From positions 2,277-66,276 of the forward strand of contig JANRKK010000045.1 of NCBI GenBank assembly GCA_033763555.1: 64,000 bases of DNA. Reading direction: 5' to 3'. Source of the DNA: Alphaproteobacteria bacterium. GTDB taxonomy: Bacteria; Pseudomonadota; Alphaproteobacteria; UBA9219. Below the pieces are notes generated by a model. The model searched no databases, was not told where the DNA came from, and saw only the letters and a program-made list of their open reading frames with translations. Positions 36,613 through 48,159 of this stretch are shown in pieces (position 1 is the stretch's first letter; each line of letters opens with the position of its first letter). The translations under genes were made by a program, and so were the position numbers.

Positions 36613-37169
36613 TGATCACCGTTAAAGAACTCGCCATACCGGATGTTAAACTACTGATGCCCAAGCTGCATCAGGATGACCGGGGCTATGTCACGGAAAT
36701 TGCCCATGACCGACACCTGCAAGAACTGGGCATTCCTATGAGATTCATGCAGGAAAACCAGTCTCTCTCCCGCCATAAAAACACCGTCCGCGGCTTGCAC
36801 GGGCAGCAACCACCGCATGCGCAGGCCAAGCTGGTACGCGTGCTGCGCGGCAAAATTTTTGATGTCGCCGTGGATGTGCGGCCTCAATCCAAAACCTATG
36901 GTCAATATGTCAGCGCCGTTTTGTCGGAAGATGAAGTCACGCAGATGTTTATCCCGGCTGGATTCCTGCATGGTTTCTGCACATTGGAAGACAACACCGT
37001 CGTGCTTTATAAAATGTCGGATTTCTATGCGCCGGGAAATGAGGTTGGCATTATCTGGAACGACCCCGATGTGAAGATCGACTGGCCCGTTGATCCGTCT
37101 AAAGCCATTCTGTCCGGCAAGGATGAGAAGCTGCCTCGCTTCAAAGATTTTCCCCGTATCGCGTGGTGA
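36612..37169 (+). CDS. rfbC: dTDP-4-dehydrorhamnose 3,5-epimerase
   Basis: 185 aa with the RmlC cupin sequence (...QENQSLSRHKNTVRGLHGQ...). Confidence 0.9.
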   Translation: MITVKELAIPDVKLLMPKLHQDDRGYVTEIAHDRHLQELGIPMRFMQENQSLSRHKNTVRGLHGQQPPHAQAKLVRVLRGKIFDVAVDVRPQSKTYGQYVSAVLSEDEVTQMFIPAGFLHGFCTLEDNTVVLYKMSDFYAPGNEVGIIWNDPDVKIDWPVDPSKAILSGKDEKLPRFKDFPRIAW

Positions 37170-38248
37170 GTTCTGTGCAAACTATTATCGTCACAGGCGC
37201 GGCAGGTTTTATCGGTTCGGCTTTGTGCCGTTATTTGCGCAGCAACAAACTGGCGCGGGTGATCGGTATCGACGCCATGACCTATGCCGCCAGCCGCGAA
37301 GCGCTGGACAGCCTCAAGAATGACCCTGATTTTCGACTGGTTGAAGCGGATATTTGTGACGGCACAGCCGTCATGGAAATTCTGGCCGCCAGCTCACCGG
37401 ATGGCGTTATCCATCTGGCCGCCGAGACGCATGTTGACCGTTCGATCGACAATCCTGGCGCATTCATTCAGGCCAATGTCGTTGGCACCTATGCTATGCT
37501 CGAGATGGTACGCTTTTATCTGGCGGTGATGCCGGAGGAACGGCGTAAGAATTTCCGCTTTCTGCATGTGTCGACCGACGAGGTTTATGGCTCACTCGGC
37601 CCCAAGGGACGCTTTACGGAAGAAACCGCCTATGCGCCAAATTCGCCCTATGCCGCCAGCAAGGCGGCGGCTGACCATCTGGCGCGCGCATGGTACAGCA
37701 CCTTTGATCTTCCGGTACTCATCAGCAATTGCTCAAACAATTATGGCCCCTATCAATTTCCGGAAAAACTCATCCCGCTCTGCATTGCTAAAGCGCTGAA
37801 CGGCGAAAAGCTTCCGATCTATGGCAAGGGAGAAAATATTCGCGACTGGCTGTTTGTCGACGACCATGCCGAAGCGCTGTACACAATCTACAACAAAGGA
37901 CGTCTTGGCGAAAAATACAACGTTGGCGGCGACGCAGAATGGAAAAATCTTGATCTGGTGCATGAGCTTTGCGCAGCGCTGGATGAGATGCTGCCAAAAT
38001 CATCGCATCGCCCACATAAAAATCTAATTACCTACGTCACCGACAGGCCCGGCCATGATGCGCGCTACGCCATGGATTTCACAAAACTGAAGAAAGAACT
38101 GGGATGGACGCCACGCACATCCCTGCGCGAAGGACTGAAGAAGACCGTGGCCTGGTATATCGAGAACCGTTCCTGGTGCGATGACATACGCCTCCGCAAA
38201 TATAGTGGTGAACGATTGGGGCAGCTTTCATCCGCTGTAAATACCTGA
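37163..38248 (+). CDS. rfbB: dTDP-glucose 4,6-dehydratase
   Basis: TGAAGFIGSALCRYL...YAASKAAADHLARAW with RmlB length. It overlaps rfbC by 7 nt. Confidence 0.92.
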   Translation: MVSSVQTIIVTGAAGFIGSALCRYLRSNKLARVIGIDAMTYAASREALDSLKNDPDFRLVEADICDGTAVMEILAASSPDGVIHLAAETHVDRSIDNPGAFIQANVVGTYAMLEMVRFYLAVMPEERRKNFRFLHVSTDEVYGSLGPKGRFTEETAYAPNSPYAASKAAADHLARAWYSTFDLPVLISNCSNNYGPYQFPEKLIPLCIAKALNGEKLPIYGKGENIRDWLFVDDHAEALYTIYNKGRLGEKYNVGGDAEWKNLDLVHELCAALDEMLPKSSHRPHKNLITYVTDRPGHDARYAMDFTKLKKELGWTPRTSLREGLKKTVAWYIENRSWCDDIRLRKYSGERLGQLSSAVNT

Positions 38249-38249
38249 C

Positions 38250-39152
38250 ATGGCGATAAAGCGCATCATGCTTCTGGGTGCAACGGGACAGATCGGGCAA
38301 GCCGTGCGGGCGCAACCCCTGCCTGGCGATTGGCAGCTTGGCGTTTATGGCCGCGCAGAATTCGATGCCACCGACCATCAGGCCATGCAAAGCGCGATAC
38401 AGACTTTTAAACCGGATCTTATTATCAACGCCGCCGCGATGACGGCTGTTGATAAATGCGAAATAGAGCAAGACGCGGCCATGGAAGCGAATTTTGAGGC
38501 TCCGGCCCATCTCGCCGTGCAATGCGGCGCAGCCGACATACCACTCATTCACTTGTCGACGGATTATGTTTTCGACGGCACGGAAAACAGGCCCTACCGC
38601 ACCGATGATGCGATGAATCCGCTCAGCACCTATGGCCAGAGCAAAATGATGGGCGAGGAATCCATCCGGCATGAGCTGGCCTGGCATGTTATCCTGCGCG
38701 TCTCATCTGTGTTCAGCGCCTTTGGCACAAATCTTCTGACCAAAACGCTGCAGATGATTGATGAGCGCGATGAGCTGAAAATCGTCACCGACCAGAAATC
38801 CTGCCCGACCCCGGCGCAGGATATTGCTAAGGCTGTCGTTGTGATGGGCGATGCCATTCTGCGCGGTAAAAGCAACGGCTTCGGTACATTCCATTTCTGC
38901 GGCACGCCGGACGTTACGCGTCTGGAATTCGTCACCGACATTATGAATGCCTATGCGCCTTATACCGCGAAGCGGCCAAAAATCACCCCGGCACTCAGCG
39001 CCGACTTCCCCGGCTTTGCCCAGCGGCCTGCCTATTCCTCGCTGGATTGCAGCCGTATTCAGGAAATTTACGGCCTTACGCAAAGGCCATGGCGCGACGG
39101 GCTGGCTGAGGCTATGGATGTGTTGATGCATGGTAAAAGGAAAGTGGCATGA
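38250..39152 (+). CDS. rfbD: dTDP-4-dehydrorhamnose reductase
   Basis: [12 protein letters not shown]... and a RmlD-like 300 aa protein between rfbB and rfbA. Confidence 0.85.
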   Translation: MAIKRIMLLGATGQIGQAVRAQPLPGDWQLGVYGRAEFDATDHQAMQSAIQTFKPDLIINAAAMTAVDKCEIEQDAAMEANFEAPAHLAVQCGAADIPLIHLSTDYVFDGTENRPYRTDDAMNPLSTYGQSKMMGEESIRHELAWHVILRVSSVFSAFGTNLLTKTLQMIDERDELKIVTDQKSCPTPAQDIAKAVVVMGDAILRGKSNGFGTFHFCGTPDVTRLEFVTDIMNAYAPYTAKRPKITPALSADFPGFAQRPAYSSLDCSRIQEIYGLTQRPWRDGLAEAMDVLMHGKRKVA

Positions 39153-40030
39153 CAATCAAGAAAGGCATCATCCTCGCGGGCGGCAGCGGCACGCGCCTTT
39201 ATCCTGCCACGCGCGCGATCAGCAAGCAGCTGATGCCCATTTATGACAAGCCAATGATTTATTATTCGCTCTCGACCATCATGCTGTCAGGCATCCGCGA
39301 ATTTCTGCTGATCAGCACGCCACGCGATATTCCCCTGTTCAAGGGGCTGCTCGGCGACGGCAGCCAATGGGGCATCAATATTTCCTACGCTGAACAGGCA
39401 GCGCCGAACGGGCTGGCTGAGGCCTTTATCATTGGCCGCTCATTCATTGGCAATGACAATGTGGCGATGATTTTAGGTGATAATCTTTATTACGGTCAGG
39501 GCTTGCAGGATTTGCTGCCTCAGGTGGCTGAAAAACGATCCGGTGCGACCGTGTTCGGCTATCGCGTTGCCAATCCGGAGCGCTATGGCGTGATTGTTTA
39601 TGACGATGCGGGTAGACCCATCGACATGATTGAAAAGCCGAAAGATCCGCCGTCACGTTGGGCAATCACAGGACTTTATTTCTATGACAATCAGGTTGTC
39701 GAGATTGCCAAGAGCCTGAAGCCCTCACCACGCGGCGAGCTCGAAATCACCGACCTGAACCGTGTTTATCTCAAACAGCAGAATATGGATGTCATACGGC
39801 TGGGGCGCGGTTATGCCTGGCTGGATACCGGAACACATGAATCCCTTGGCACCGCATCAGATTTCGTCCGCATCATTGAACAACGCCAGGGCTTGAAAAT
39901 CGGCTGCCCCGAAGAAATTGCCTTCGCCCGCGGCTATATCAGCGCCGAGCAGGTCCTGAAAATCGTAGGACAAATGGGCCAGACAGAATACGCGGCCTAT
40001 TTATGGGATTTGGTTGATCCAGAACCCTAA
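39149..40030 (+). CDS. rfbA: Glucose-1-phosphate thymidylyltransferase
   Basis: [35 protein letters not shown]... is canonical RmlA. Confidence 0.92.
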   Translation: MTIKKGIILAGGSGTRLYPATRAISKQLMPIYDKPMIYYSLSTIMLSGIREFLLISTPRDIPLFKGLLGDGSQWGINISYAEQAAPNGLAEAFIIGRSFIGNDNVAMILGDNLYYGQGLQDLLPQVAEKRSGATVFGYRVANPERYGVIVYDDAGRPIDMIEKPKDPPSRWAITGLYFYDNQVVEIAKSLKPSPRGELEITDLNRVYLKQQNMDVIRLGRGYAWLDTGTHESLGTASDFVRIIEQRQGLKIGCPEEIAFARGYISAEQVLKIVGQMGQTEYAAYLWDLVDPEP

Positions 40031-40887
40031 AACGCCCATTGATTCCGAAACCATGTCATTTGCCGTTTAGCATAGTTGCGCGTTGCCTGCTGGGCTTTTG
40101 CAATGGATTCATCCAACGGCATCTCATTCCGCAGATAGGCGCCAATCTCCCGAACACCGAGAGTTTTCATCGCGGGCAATTCAGCATTCAGGTTACGCGC
40201 AAGAAAAGCCCTCACTTCGTCGACGGCACCCTGTTCGATCATCCCGGCAAAGCGGCGGTCACAGGCGGCGTAGAGCGTTGTGCGCTCAGGCAAAAGCAGG
40301 TGAGGCTCAATGGAAAAAAATTCCAGATAATTTTCGGGCGTATTTTTCTGCCAATGGATAATCGGCTTCCCGGTATGCGCAGCAACCTCATAAGCGCGGA
40401 TTAGTCTTTGGCGGTCATTTTTTTCCAGACGCCGGGCGCTTTCCGGATCAAGCCTGGCCAATTCTCTACGAAATTCTTCTTCGCCTAGCTCTGCATAAAG
40501 TTTTTCGGCTTTCTCCCGAACCTCGCCCGGAATTTCAGGAATATCTGCCAGCCCACCGAGCAGCGCCCGGAAATACATTCCCGTTCCGCCGACAAGAATA
40601 GGCGTCCGCCCGTTATCGATGGTCTTCGCAATCGCTCGCTTTGCCAGAGCCACCCATTTTCCGGCCGATGAAGACTCCGATGGATCGAGAACGCCATACA
40701 GTTCATGTGGAACCTCGCGGCATTCGGATTCGCTGGGCTGCGCAGTTAAAATCGGCAATCCGGCATAGACCTGCATGGCGTCGGCATTGATGATGGTGCC
40801 GTTGGATCCGCGCGCTATCTCAAGCGCCAAAGCGGACTTTCCCGAGGCTGTAGGGCCAGCAATAAGAATGATTTTGGGCTGCAGCAT
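40027..40887 (-). CDS. miaA: tRNA dimethylallyltransferase
   Basis: P-loop [19 protein letters not shown] and MiaA collinearity. The 3' end overlaps rfbA convergently by 4 nt. Confidence 0.9.
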   Translation of the reverse strand: MLQPKIILIAGPTASGKSALALEIARGSNGTIINADAMQVYAGLPILTAQPSESECREVPHELYGVLDPSESSSAGKWVALAKRAIAKTIDNGRTPILVGGTGMYFRALLGGLADIPEIPGEVREKAEKLYAELGEEEFRRELARLDPESARRLEKNDRQRLIRAYEVAAHTGKPIIHWQKNTPENYLEFFSIEPHLLLPERTTLYAACDRRFAGMIEQGAVDEVRAFLARNLNAELPAMKTLGVREIGAYLRNEMPLDESIAKAQQATRNYAKRQMTWFRNQWAF

Positions 40888-40982
40888 GGGTGGTTTTTAA
40901 GACAAAACAGGCCCGAAAGAATAGGCATTTGTCTCAGAACGCCAGTTTTGATAGCTTGGCAACATCAAGAAAGGCGGAAAAT

Positions 40983-41165
40983 ATGGGATTAAGCATCTGG
41001 CATCTTCTGGTCGTTTTGGCGGTTGTCCTGGTCATATTCGGGGCCGGACGGCTTCCGCAAGTGATGGGTGATCTCGGCAAAGGCATACGCAGCTTCAAGG
41101 CAGGGCTGAGCGGCGAAGACAAATCCGACAAGCCAAAATTGCCGCCTTCGGATACATCCGCCTGA
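40983..41165 (+). CDS. tatA: Twin-arginine translocase subunit TatA
   Basis: MGLSIWHLLVVLAVVLVIFGAGRLPQVMGDLGKGIRSFKAG. The start was taken at the internal Met of ORF 40890..41165. Confidence 0.85.
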   Translation: MGLSIWHLLVVLAVVLVIFGAGRLPQVMGDLGKGIRSFKAGLSGEDKSDKPKLPPSDTSA

Positions 41166-41184
41166 CGTTTTTCTGGCTTCCACA

Positions 41185-41439
41185 ATGCTCGACGTAGCCT
41201 GGCCAGAACTTATGGTGATCGGGGCGGTGGCGCTTGTGGCCATCGGTCCAAAAGACCTGCCCAAGGTCATGCACACGCTTGGCCAATGGGCTGGAAAAGC
41301 CCGCGATCTTGCGCATGATTTCCAGCGCGCCTTCGAGCAGCTGAGCTATGAAAATGAAATTGCCGAAAAATTGAAAAAGCAGGACGCAACACCGCCTGCT
41401 TCACCAGAACCGCCGAACCATGACCGACCAGCAACTTGA
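41185..41439 (+). CDS. tatB: Twin-arginine translocase subunit TatB
   Basis: MLDVAWPELMVIGAVALVAIGPKDLPKVMHTLGQWAGKARDL, located between tatA and tatC. Confidence 0.75.
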   Translation: MLDVAWPELMVIGAVALVAIGPKDLPKVMHTLGQWAGKARDLAHDFQRAFEQLSYENEIAEKLKKQDATPPASPEPPNHDRPAT

Positions 41440-42220
41440 CCCGCTGCGGCAACCCCTGCTCGCGCATCTTCTGGAACTGCGCAAGCGGCTGATCTGGTCG
41501 CTAACGGCTATTTTGATCGGCTTTGCTGTTAGCTACTGTTTTGCAGCGGAAATTTATGAGTTTCTGGTACGCCCGCTTGCGCATGTAACCGAAGGCGAAA
41601 ACCGCCGTCTGATTTATACGGGCCTGACGGAAGCCTTCGTCACCTACATCAAGCTGGCTTTGTGGACAGGATGCTTCATCGCTTTTCCAGTTATCGCCAC
41701 GCAGATATGGATGTTTGTCGCGCCGGGTCTATACAAAAACGAACGCCGCGCATTTTTTCCATTCTTGATCGCTACGCCCGTTTTTTTCTTGATGGGTGCT
41801 GCTGTGGCCTATTATTTCGTTTTTCCGATGGCATGGAAATTTTTTCTGAGCTTTGAAATTCCAGTTGCCGCTGGAGGATTGCCCGTCCAACTCGAAGCCC
41901 GCGTCAGCGAGTATCTGTCGCTTTCCATGACGGTTATTTTTGCGTTTGGTATTGCCTTTGAACTGCCCGTCATTCTGGTTTTGCTGACGCGCGTCGGGCT
42001 TTTGTCCTCGGCCAAACTCTCGGCTTTCCGGCGCTACGCCATTGTTCTGATTTTTATCGTTGCGGCCGTTATTACCCCGCCCGATGTCATCAGCCAGATC
42101 AGCCTCGCCTTGCCGCTCATGCTTCTTTACGAATTGTCGATTTTAGGCGCGAAATGGGTGGAAAGAGGGCGTATTATAGGAAGCACGAATCACGCCGCCC
42201 ATCCGGGAGACCCCTCATGA
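41420..42220 (+). CDS. tatC: Twin-arginine translocase subunit TatC
   Basis: 266 aa with 6 TM helices and the TatC N-terminus LAHLLELRKRLIWSL. Confidence 0.9.
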   Translation: MTDQQLDPLRQPLLAHLLELRKRLIWSLTAILIGFAVSYCFAAEIYEFLVRPLAHVTEGENRRLIYTGLTEAFVTYIKLALWTGCFIAFPVIATQIWMFVAPGLYKNERRAFFPFLIATPVFFLMGAAVAYYFVFPMAWKFFLSFEIPVAAGGLPVQLEARVSEYLSLSMTVIFAFGIAFELPVILVLLTRVGLLSSAKLSAFRRYAIVLIFIVAAVITPPDVISQISLALPLMLLYELSILGAKWVERGRIIGSTNHAAHPGDPS

Positions 42221-43986
42221 TAACGCAGCACACAAATAAAATCCGCGTTGCCATCGGCTTTGCACAAGGGCTCATGTTGTTCGCTCTGCACAAAGCGGCG
42301 GTTACCGGAACATGGTGGCCCGGCACGGATGCCCTCAGCTTCTCAGCGCTGCTGATGATGGTTGTTATGGTTCCACCCTTACTGATCACAGGCTATGGCC
42401 AGATGCGAACGCGCTCTTTATTCGCCTGGGGGCTTTGCGCCGCCGTCCTGCTGGCTGGCCTGGCAATGTATGATGTCAGCACCCGCGGCGGCGTCGATGT
42501 CAACGGACTGCTTTCCTACCGCGAAGCCCGGCAGGTGAATGCGCCGTCCTTTATGCTCGTATTCTTTGCAGCAGTCGGGTTTTGTATCGCTCATACTTTG
42601 ATTATGGCAGGCGATGCTGAAAGAAAATATATCTCTTCCTACCCGCGTTACTTCGATACCGCATGGAAACTGGCCGTGCAGGTTATTCTATCAGGCGTGT
42701 TTGTCGGGCTCTTCTGGGGCGTTCTGATCTTGGGCTCTGCCCTTTTCAATCTCATCAAAATCAAATTCATCTCGGACCTTATTGAAAAGGAATGGTTCTA
42801 TTATCCAGCGACAGCAATGGCTTTTGCCTACGCTCTGCATGTTACGGATGTGCGCGGCAATCTGGTGCGCAGCATCCGCACCTTGAAGCTAACGCTTTTC
42901 TCATGGCTTCTGCCGCTGATGGCCTTGTTCGGAGCTGGTTTCCTCATCGCCCTTCCCTTTCAGGGGTTGGAGCATTTGTGGAGCACCCGTTACGCCAGCG
43001 TTATCCTTCTGGCGGCAGCGGCCTGGCTGATCGTGCTGATCAACGCCGCTTATCAGGATGGCACACCAGAACATGCGCCGCCGAAAATCCTGCGTTATGC
43101 GGGTTCTCTAGCTTCCGTTCTGCTGTTGCCTCTGGTCGTGATTGCCGCTTACGCCATTTCTCTGCGCGTCGAGCAATATGGCTGGACGGCCAACCTTATC
43201 CAAAAATTCGCCTGTGTGATTGTCGGCATGTGCTACGCCGTCGGCTATTTATGGGCCGCCATTATACCGCACCCATGGCTGCGCAAGCTGGAGCGCACCA
43301 ATATTCTGGCTGCGCTGCTCACTCTGGCTGTTTTGCTGGCGCTGTTCACGCCGATTGCCGACCCGGCACGCCTCTCTGTCACCAGCCAGATCGGCCGCCT
43401 GGAAAAAGGCGAGGTATCGCCTGACAAGTTTGACTATGTCTATCTTGCCAAAGAAGGTGAGATTTACGGAACAAACGCCCTCAAAAAACTGGAAGCCGCC
43501 GCCAGCGGCCCGCAGGCTGAGTTGATCAAGAAAAAGGTCAGCGAAGCCCTGCTCTCGAAAAATAGCCCACGCCCGCTGCGCGTTCCACTGGTCGATGTTA
43601 CGGATATTACGGTTTATCCCAAAGGCCGGAACCTACCGGAAAGCTTTACGAGACAAGTATGGGATGTCTCCAAAGTTGAACGCTGGGAGATGCCGTCCTG
43701 CCTCTACAACATCGAACAGAAATGTGAAGCGTTTTTGATCGACGGAGCAAAGGGTGTGGAGTTCATTATCCTTATGGATGTTGCCGCTTATGGTAACTCA
43801 GTTATCTTTCACTCTGCCGAAGGTGGCTGGAAGAATGCAGGCAGGCTCTGGCAAGGCAAGCTGAACTGTAAAGGCATTCGTGAAGCCCTGCGCAGCAAGC
43901 CATTCAAAATGGTGCCCTCAGGCAAACAAGAACTTGAGGTTGATGGCATACGCATCCCCTTCAAACCCGACGATAAATGCCCGTAA
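42217..43986 (+). CDS. Large polytopic membrane protein with a C-terminal soluble domain (DUF4153-like), translationally coupled to tatC
   Basis: The start MITQHTNK overlaps the tatC stop (ATGA). About 10 TM helices are followed by a ~200 aa hydrophilic C-terminus. The DUF assignment is from memory only. Confidence 0.7.
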   Translation: MITQHTNKIRVAIGFAQGLMLFALHKAAVTGTWWPGTDALSFSALLMMVVMVPPLLITGYGQMRTRSLFAWGLCAAVLLAGLAMYDVSTRGGVDVNGLLSYREARQVNAPSFMLVFFAAVGFCIAHTLIMAGDAERKYISSYPRYFDTAWKLAVQVILSGVFVGLFWGVLILGSALFNLIKIKFISDLIEKEWFYYPATAMAFAYALHVTDVRGNLVRSIRTLKLTLFSWLLPLMALFGAGFLIALPFQGLEHLWSTRYASVILLAAAAWLIVLINAAYQDGTPEHAPPKILRYAGSLASVLLLPLVVIAAYAISLRVEQYGWTANLIQKFACVIVGMCYAVGYLWAAIIPHPWLRKLERTNILAALLTLAVLLALFTPIADPARLSVTSQIGRLEKGEVSPDKFDYVYLAKEGEIYGTNALKKLEAAASGPQAELIKKKVSEALLSKNSPRPLRVPLVDVTDITVYPKGRNLPESFTRQVWDVSKVERWEMPSCLYNIEQKCEAFLIDGAKGVEFIILMDVAAYGNSVIFHSAEGGWKNAGRLWQGKLNCKGIREALRSKPFKMVPSGKQELEVDGIRIPFKPDDKCP

Positions 43987-43998
43987 GGCCACCTGCCC

Positions 43999-45303
43999 AT
44001 GCATGACATACGTTTCATTCGTGAAAATCCCGATGCGTTCTACGCAGGGCTAAGACGCCGTGGATATGTATCTCCTGGATTAACAGGCTATGGCGATGCC
44101 GCAGAGGACATTCTTGACCTTGATACTGAACGCCGTAAAAAACAGACTTTAATGCAGGAGTTACAGGCCCAACGGAATGATCTATCCAAACAAGTTGGAG
44201 AGATTAAACGTAAAGGCAACAATGCTGATGCTTTAATGCAGGAAGTCACGGCTATTAAGGACAAAATCGCTACGCTAGAAAATGAAGAACAACAAGTTGC
44301 CCTCCAGTTGAACCAAATACTCTCAAGCCTTCCCAATCTTGCCGCCGATAATGTTCCCGACGGCGTCGATGAAAAAGGCAATAAAGAATTGCGCCGCTCC
44401 GGTGAACCCAAACGCACCAACTCCGCCAAGCAGCATTTCGATCTGGGCGAAGCACTCGGTTATATGGATTTTGCGACGGCAACCAAATTATCTGGTGCGC
44501 GCTTTACTCTGCTGAAAGGGCCTCTGGCACGACTGGAACGCGCCCTTGGCAATTTCATGCTGGATATTCATACGAAAGAATTCGGCTACACCGAAGTTTC
44601 CCCGCCCCTGCTCGTGCGTGAAGAAATTATGTATGGCACAGGCCAGCTGCCGAAGTTCCGTGATGATCAGTTTCAGACCAATACCGGGCTTTGGCTCATT
44701 CCCACCGCCGAAGTGCCACTAACTAATTTCGTAAACGATATGATTATCGAGCGCGAAACTCTGCCCTTCCGCTTTACCGCAAAAACGCCATGTTTCCGTG
44801 CCGAAGCTGGGGCTGCGGGCAAGGATACCCGCGGCATGTTGCGCCAACACCAGTTTTACAAGGTTGAGCTTGTGAGCATTACAACCCCCGATCAATCCGA
44901 ACAGGAACATGACCGCATGACTGCCTGCGCCGAGGCTGTTCTGAAAAAACTGGAACTGCCCTTCCGCACCATGGTTCTGTGCGCGGGCGATATGGGCTTT
45001 GCCGCCCGTAAGACCTACGACATCGAAGTCTGGATGCCGGGCCAGAATGCCTATCGTGAGATTTCCAGTTGCTCCAACTGCGGTGATTTCCAGGCGCGAC
45101 GCATGAATGCGCGCAGTAAGGCGGCAGGTGACAAGAACACCGAATTTGTCCATACGCTGAACGGATCGGGCATCGCCGTTGGCCGCGCCCTGATCGCCAT
45201 TATGGAAAACTTCCAGCAGCCGGATGGTTCCATCGTTATTCCAACGGCACTGCAACCCTATATGGACGGCATGAAACAAATCGAGGCGGGAGCCAAACCA
45301 TGA
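43999..45303 (+). CDS. serS: Seryl-tRNA synthetase
   Basis: [14 protein letters not shown]..., the class II motifs ([24 protein letters not shown]) and 434 aa. Confidence 0.92.
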   Translation: MHDIRFIRENPDAFYAGLRRRGYVSPGLTGYGDAAEDILDLDTERRKKQTLMQELQAQRNDLSKQVGEIKRKGNNADALMQEVTAIKDKIATLENEEQQVALQLNQILSSLPNLAADNVPDGVDEKGNKELRRSGEPKRTNSAKQHFDLGEALGYMDFATATKLSGARFTLLKGPLARLERALGNFMLDIHTKEFGYTEVSPPLLVREEIMYGTGQLPKFRDDQFQTNTGLWLIPTAEVPLTNFVNDMIIERETLPFRFTAKTPCFRAEAGAAGKDTRGMLRQHQFYKVELVSITTPDQSEQEHDRMTACAEAVLKKLELPFRTMVLCAGDMGFAARKTYDIEVWMPGQNAYREISSCSNCGDFQARRMNARSKAAGDKNTEFVHTLNGSGIAVGRALIAIMENFQQPDGSIVIPTALQPYMDGMKQIEAGAKP

Positions 45304-46274
45304 CATCACCATCCAAAAATTTCAGTGCCTTGCTGTTCGCAAGCTTGGTGCTGGTCTCCTGCACCTTTATTCACCATCAACAGCCCAGCCTTCCGGCACG
45401 TGCCAGCCTTACGCCGGGCGAAACGGTTACCGTCGGTAAAAACCAGAATGTCTATGCCGTCGCACGCCAGCATAATGTGTCCATGCGCGACCTGATCGTT
45501 CTGAATGATTTGAAGGCGCCTTTTACATTGAAAGAAGGCCAGCAATTGACGCTGCCCTATGGCGCACGTTCCGAAACACCCTATAACGCGCCTTACAGCA
45601 CTGCATCTTCGTCATCGCCTTCCCTGCCGCCACCGCCCATGAATTCCGGGTCTGCGCGTTCGATGGATGTGGAAGCTGTTCCCCTGCCGCCGATCGAAAC
45701 ATCGCCACCGCAGCCTGTTCATTCGCCATCTAACATCCGAAGCGGCGCCGTCAGCAGCGCGCCTGTAACAGCTGCGCCCGTTGAAAGCTTGAATGCGCCT
45801 GCTACACCACCCCGGCCTGTTGCGACCACAGCCGAACCATCGCGGGCCGAGCAGATCGCATCAGAAAGATCGCCGGACGCCGAAAGCCACCCTTCCGCCA
45901 TTACCATGAAATGGCCTGTGCAAGGCCCCATCCTGTCCAGCTTTGGGCCGAAGGGTCAGGGGCTGAACAATGATGGCATCAATATCGGTGCACCCAAGGG
46001 CGCACCTGTGGTCGCGGCTGCCAGTGGCATTGTCGCCTATGCTGGAAATGAAATGAAGGGCTTCGGTAATCTTGTCCTTATCCGGCACCATGGTGGATGG
46101 GTAACGGCCTATGCGCATCTCGACCGCGCCCTCGTGACAAAAGATGTTGTCGTCGCACAAGGTGATATGATTGGTACGGTTGGCAAAACGGGCGACGCCG
46201 CTTCACCGCAACTGCATTTTGAAACGCGCTATAACGGTAAACCTGTCGACCCGAAGGGCATAATTAAGGAATAA
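45300..46274 (+). CDS. nlpD: LysM-domain / M23-peptidase lipoprotein (NlpD-like murein hydrolase activator)
   Basis: Signal/lipobox LVSC, a LysM segment ([20 protein letters not shown]), a Pro/Ser-rich linker and a C-terminal M23 domain ([24 protein letters not shown]...HLHFE). Confidence 0.8.
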   Translation: MTSPSKNFSALLFASLVLVSCTFIHHQQPSLPARASLTPGETVTVGKNQNVYAVARQHNVSMRDLIVLNDLKAPFTLKEGQQLTLPYGARSETPYNAPYSTASSSSPSLPPPPMNSGSARSMDVEAVPLPPIETSPPQPVHSPSNIRSGAVSSAPVTAAPVESLNAPATPPRPVATTAEPSRAEQIASERSPDAESHPSAITMKWPVQGPILSSFGPKGQGLNNDGINIGAPKGAPVVAAASGIVAYAGNEMKGFGNLVLIRHHGGWVTAYAHLDRALVTKDVVVAQGDMIGTVGKTGDAASPQLHFETRYNGKPVDPKGIIKE

Positions 46275-47055
46275 GCAGGCTGCGTGTCGCAGCCTCGACA
46301 TCCGGTTGTTTCAGCAAGGATTCTCCAACCAAAAATGCGTGCACATTTACTGCCTGCATGCGCGCAATGTCTTCGAACGTGCTGATACCGCTTTCGCTCA
46401 CGACAAGGCGGCCCTTTGGCACAAGTGGAGCCAGCTCCTCTGTCGTCTTAAGGCTGACCTTCAAGGTTTTGAGATTACGATTATTGATACCAATCAGCCC
46501 GGATGGAAGTTTTAAGGCCCGATCGAGTTCTTTCTTATTATGCACTTCAATTAAGACTTCCATCCCGTAGTCCACGGCAGCTTTATGCAGTTCCGCTGCT
46601 TTTTTATCGTCCAATGCCGCCATAATCAGCAGGATACAATCCGCGCCAATCACCCGCGCTTCGGCCACTTGCCAGACATCCAACATAAAATCCTTACGCA
46701 AAGCGGGTAGCTTGCAATTCGCCCGCGCTTCCGCCAGATCGCTGTTACGTCCTTGAAAATAAGGCTCATCAGTCAGAACCGACAGGCACGCTGCCCCTGC
46801 TTTTTCATAAGTCTGCGCCAGCTCTTTGGGCGAGAATTCCGACCGTATTACGCCCGCTGACGGCGATGCTTTCTTGATTTCAGCAATCAGCCCGATGCTG
46901 CCCTTATCAATTTTCGTTTGCAAAGTTTCGGCAAACTTGCGCGGCGGCGCATTGGCGCGCGCTTTTTTGTCCACAATCTCAAAAGGACGCTCCTTGGATA
47001 ACTGAGCCACATGCGTGCGCTTGTCAGCGCAGATTTTTTCCAGAATATCGGTCAT
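46264..47055 (-). CDS. trpC: Indole-3-glycerol phosphate synthase
   Basis: ...LIAEIKKASPSAGVI...FLVGESLLK and IGPS collinearity over 263 aa. Confidence 0.88.
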   Translation of the reverse strand: MTDILEKICADKRTHVAQLSKERPFEIVDKKARANAPPRKFAETLQTKIDKGSIGLIAEIKKASPSAGVIRSEFSPKELAQTYEKAGAACLSVLTDEPYFQGRNSDLAEARANCKLPALRKDFMLDVWQVAEARVIGADCILLIMAALDDKKAAELHKAAVDYGMEVLIEVHNKKELDRALKLPSGLIGINNRNLKTLKVSLKTTEELAPLVPKGRLVVSESGISTFEDIARMQAVNVHAFLVGESLLKQPDVEAATRSLLIP

Positions 47056-48102
47056 TTATCCCTTGAGTATCTTGAATTTCTCGGTTGCTTCGATCAACGC
47101 TGCACGAATACCTGGCTCCAGCGCCGAATGCCCGGCATCAGGAATAATACGGTACTCGGCCTGCGGCCAGCACTGCCTTAATTCTTCCATCGCCAGAATA
47201 GGACAAATAACGTCATAGCGTCCATGCACGACAAAACCGGGAATACGATGCAGCTTGTCAGCATGGCGCAGCAGCTGATCGTCTGGCGTAAACAGGTTGT
47301 TCTTGAAGTAATGCGCTTCGATCCGCGCAAGGCCGATGCGGTGCTGATCATCATTAATGACCACAGAACCTTCTGGACCAGGGCACAGAGTTGAACATGT
47401 GCTTTCATAACCCGCCCAGGCACGAATGGCCTCCATGCGGCGTTGTTCATCCGGCCCGTCAAATATCTTGATATAGGCAGAAAGCAAATCATGCCGCTCC
47501 TCCGCGGGGATAACATTGGCGAATTTTGCCCAGGCTTCGGGAAAAATATTGCGGATACCGTACAGGAACCAATCGATCTCCCGCTTCTGCAAAAGGCAGA
47601 TGCCTCGCAGAATGAGGCCAAGGCAGCGCTCGGGGTGCGTCTGGGCATAGCTTAACGCCAGCGTGCTGCCCCACGAACCGCCAAACACATGCCAGCGCTC
47701 AACGCCGCGATGCTGGCGCAGAGTCTCAATATCCTGAACCAGAAGTTCGGTTGTATTGAGCCGGGTTTCACCGAGCGGGCGGGAGCGCCCGGCCCCACGC
47801 TGATCAAAAATGATGATGCGCCAATCGTCGGGATTGAAGAAACGGCGATGCGTCGGCGTAGCCCCCGCACCCGGTCCGCCATGCAAAAAAACCACCGGAA
47901 CACCCTTGGGATTGCCGCATTCTTCCCAATAAAGATTATGCAGATCATCGACCTGCAACATGCCTTTGGCATGCGGCTCAATCGGCGGAAAGAAATCGCG
48001 GAGGCCGGAAGACGGCGCAGATGCAGGAGTGTGAGGCGACACGGAAATTCCTGTTCGGATAGTGTTGCCAGAGGTTATAGCCCATAGACCGTCGAATGCC
48101 AA
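47056..48102 (-). CDS. pip: Proline iminopeptidase (alpha/beta hydrolase)
   Basis: LHNLYWEECGNPKGVPVVFLHGGPGAGA...FDQRGAGRS...GGSWGSTLA. An N-terminal ~45 aa extension in the ORF suggests the true start is downstream. Confidence 0.85.
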   Translation of the reverse strand: MAFDGLWAITSGNTIRTGISVSPHTPASAPSSGLRDFFPPIEPHAKGMLQVDDLHNLYWEECGNPKGVPVVFLHGGPGAGATPTHRRFFNPDDWRIIIFDQRGAGRSRPLGETRLNTTELLVQDIETLRQHRGVERWHVFGGSWGSTLALSYAQTHPERCLGLILRGICLLQKREIDWFLYGIRNIFPEAWAKFANVIPAEERHDLLSAYIKIFDGPDEQRRMEAIRAWAGYESTCSTLCPGPEGSVVINDDQHRIGLARIEAHYFKNNLFTPDDQLLRHADKLHRIPGFVVHGRYDVICPILAMEELRQCWPQAEYRIIPDAGHSALEPGIRAALIEATEKFKILKG

Positions 48103-48159
48103 AAACCCCTCGTACCTTTACCAGGGCTGTCGTAAGCTGGGATTCCCACCGGAGATTCC

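Noticed and set aside
42154-42216. Upstream extension of the membrane protein overlapping tatC by 67 nt
   Set aside because: The internal ATG at 42217 forms the classic ATGA stop/start coupling with tatC. The extension is Arg-rich and out of character.
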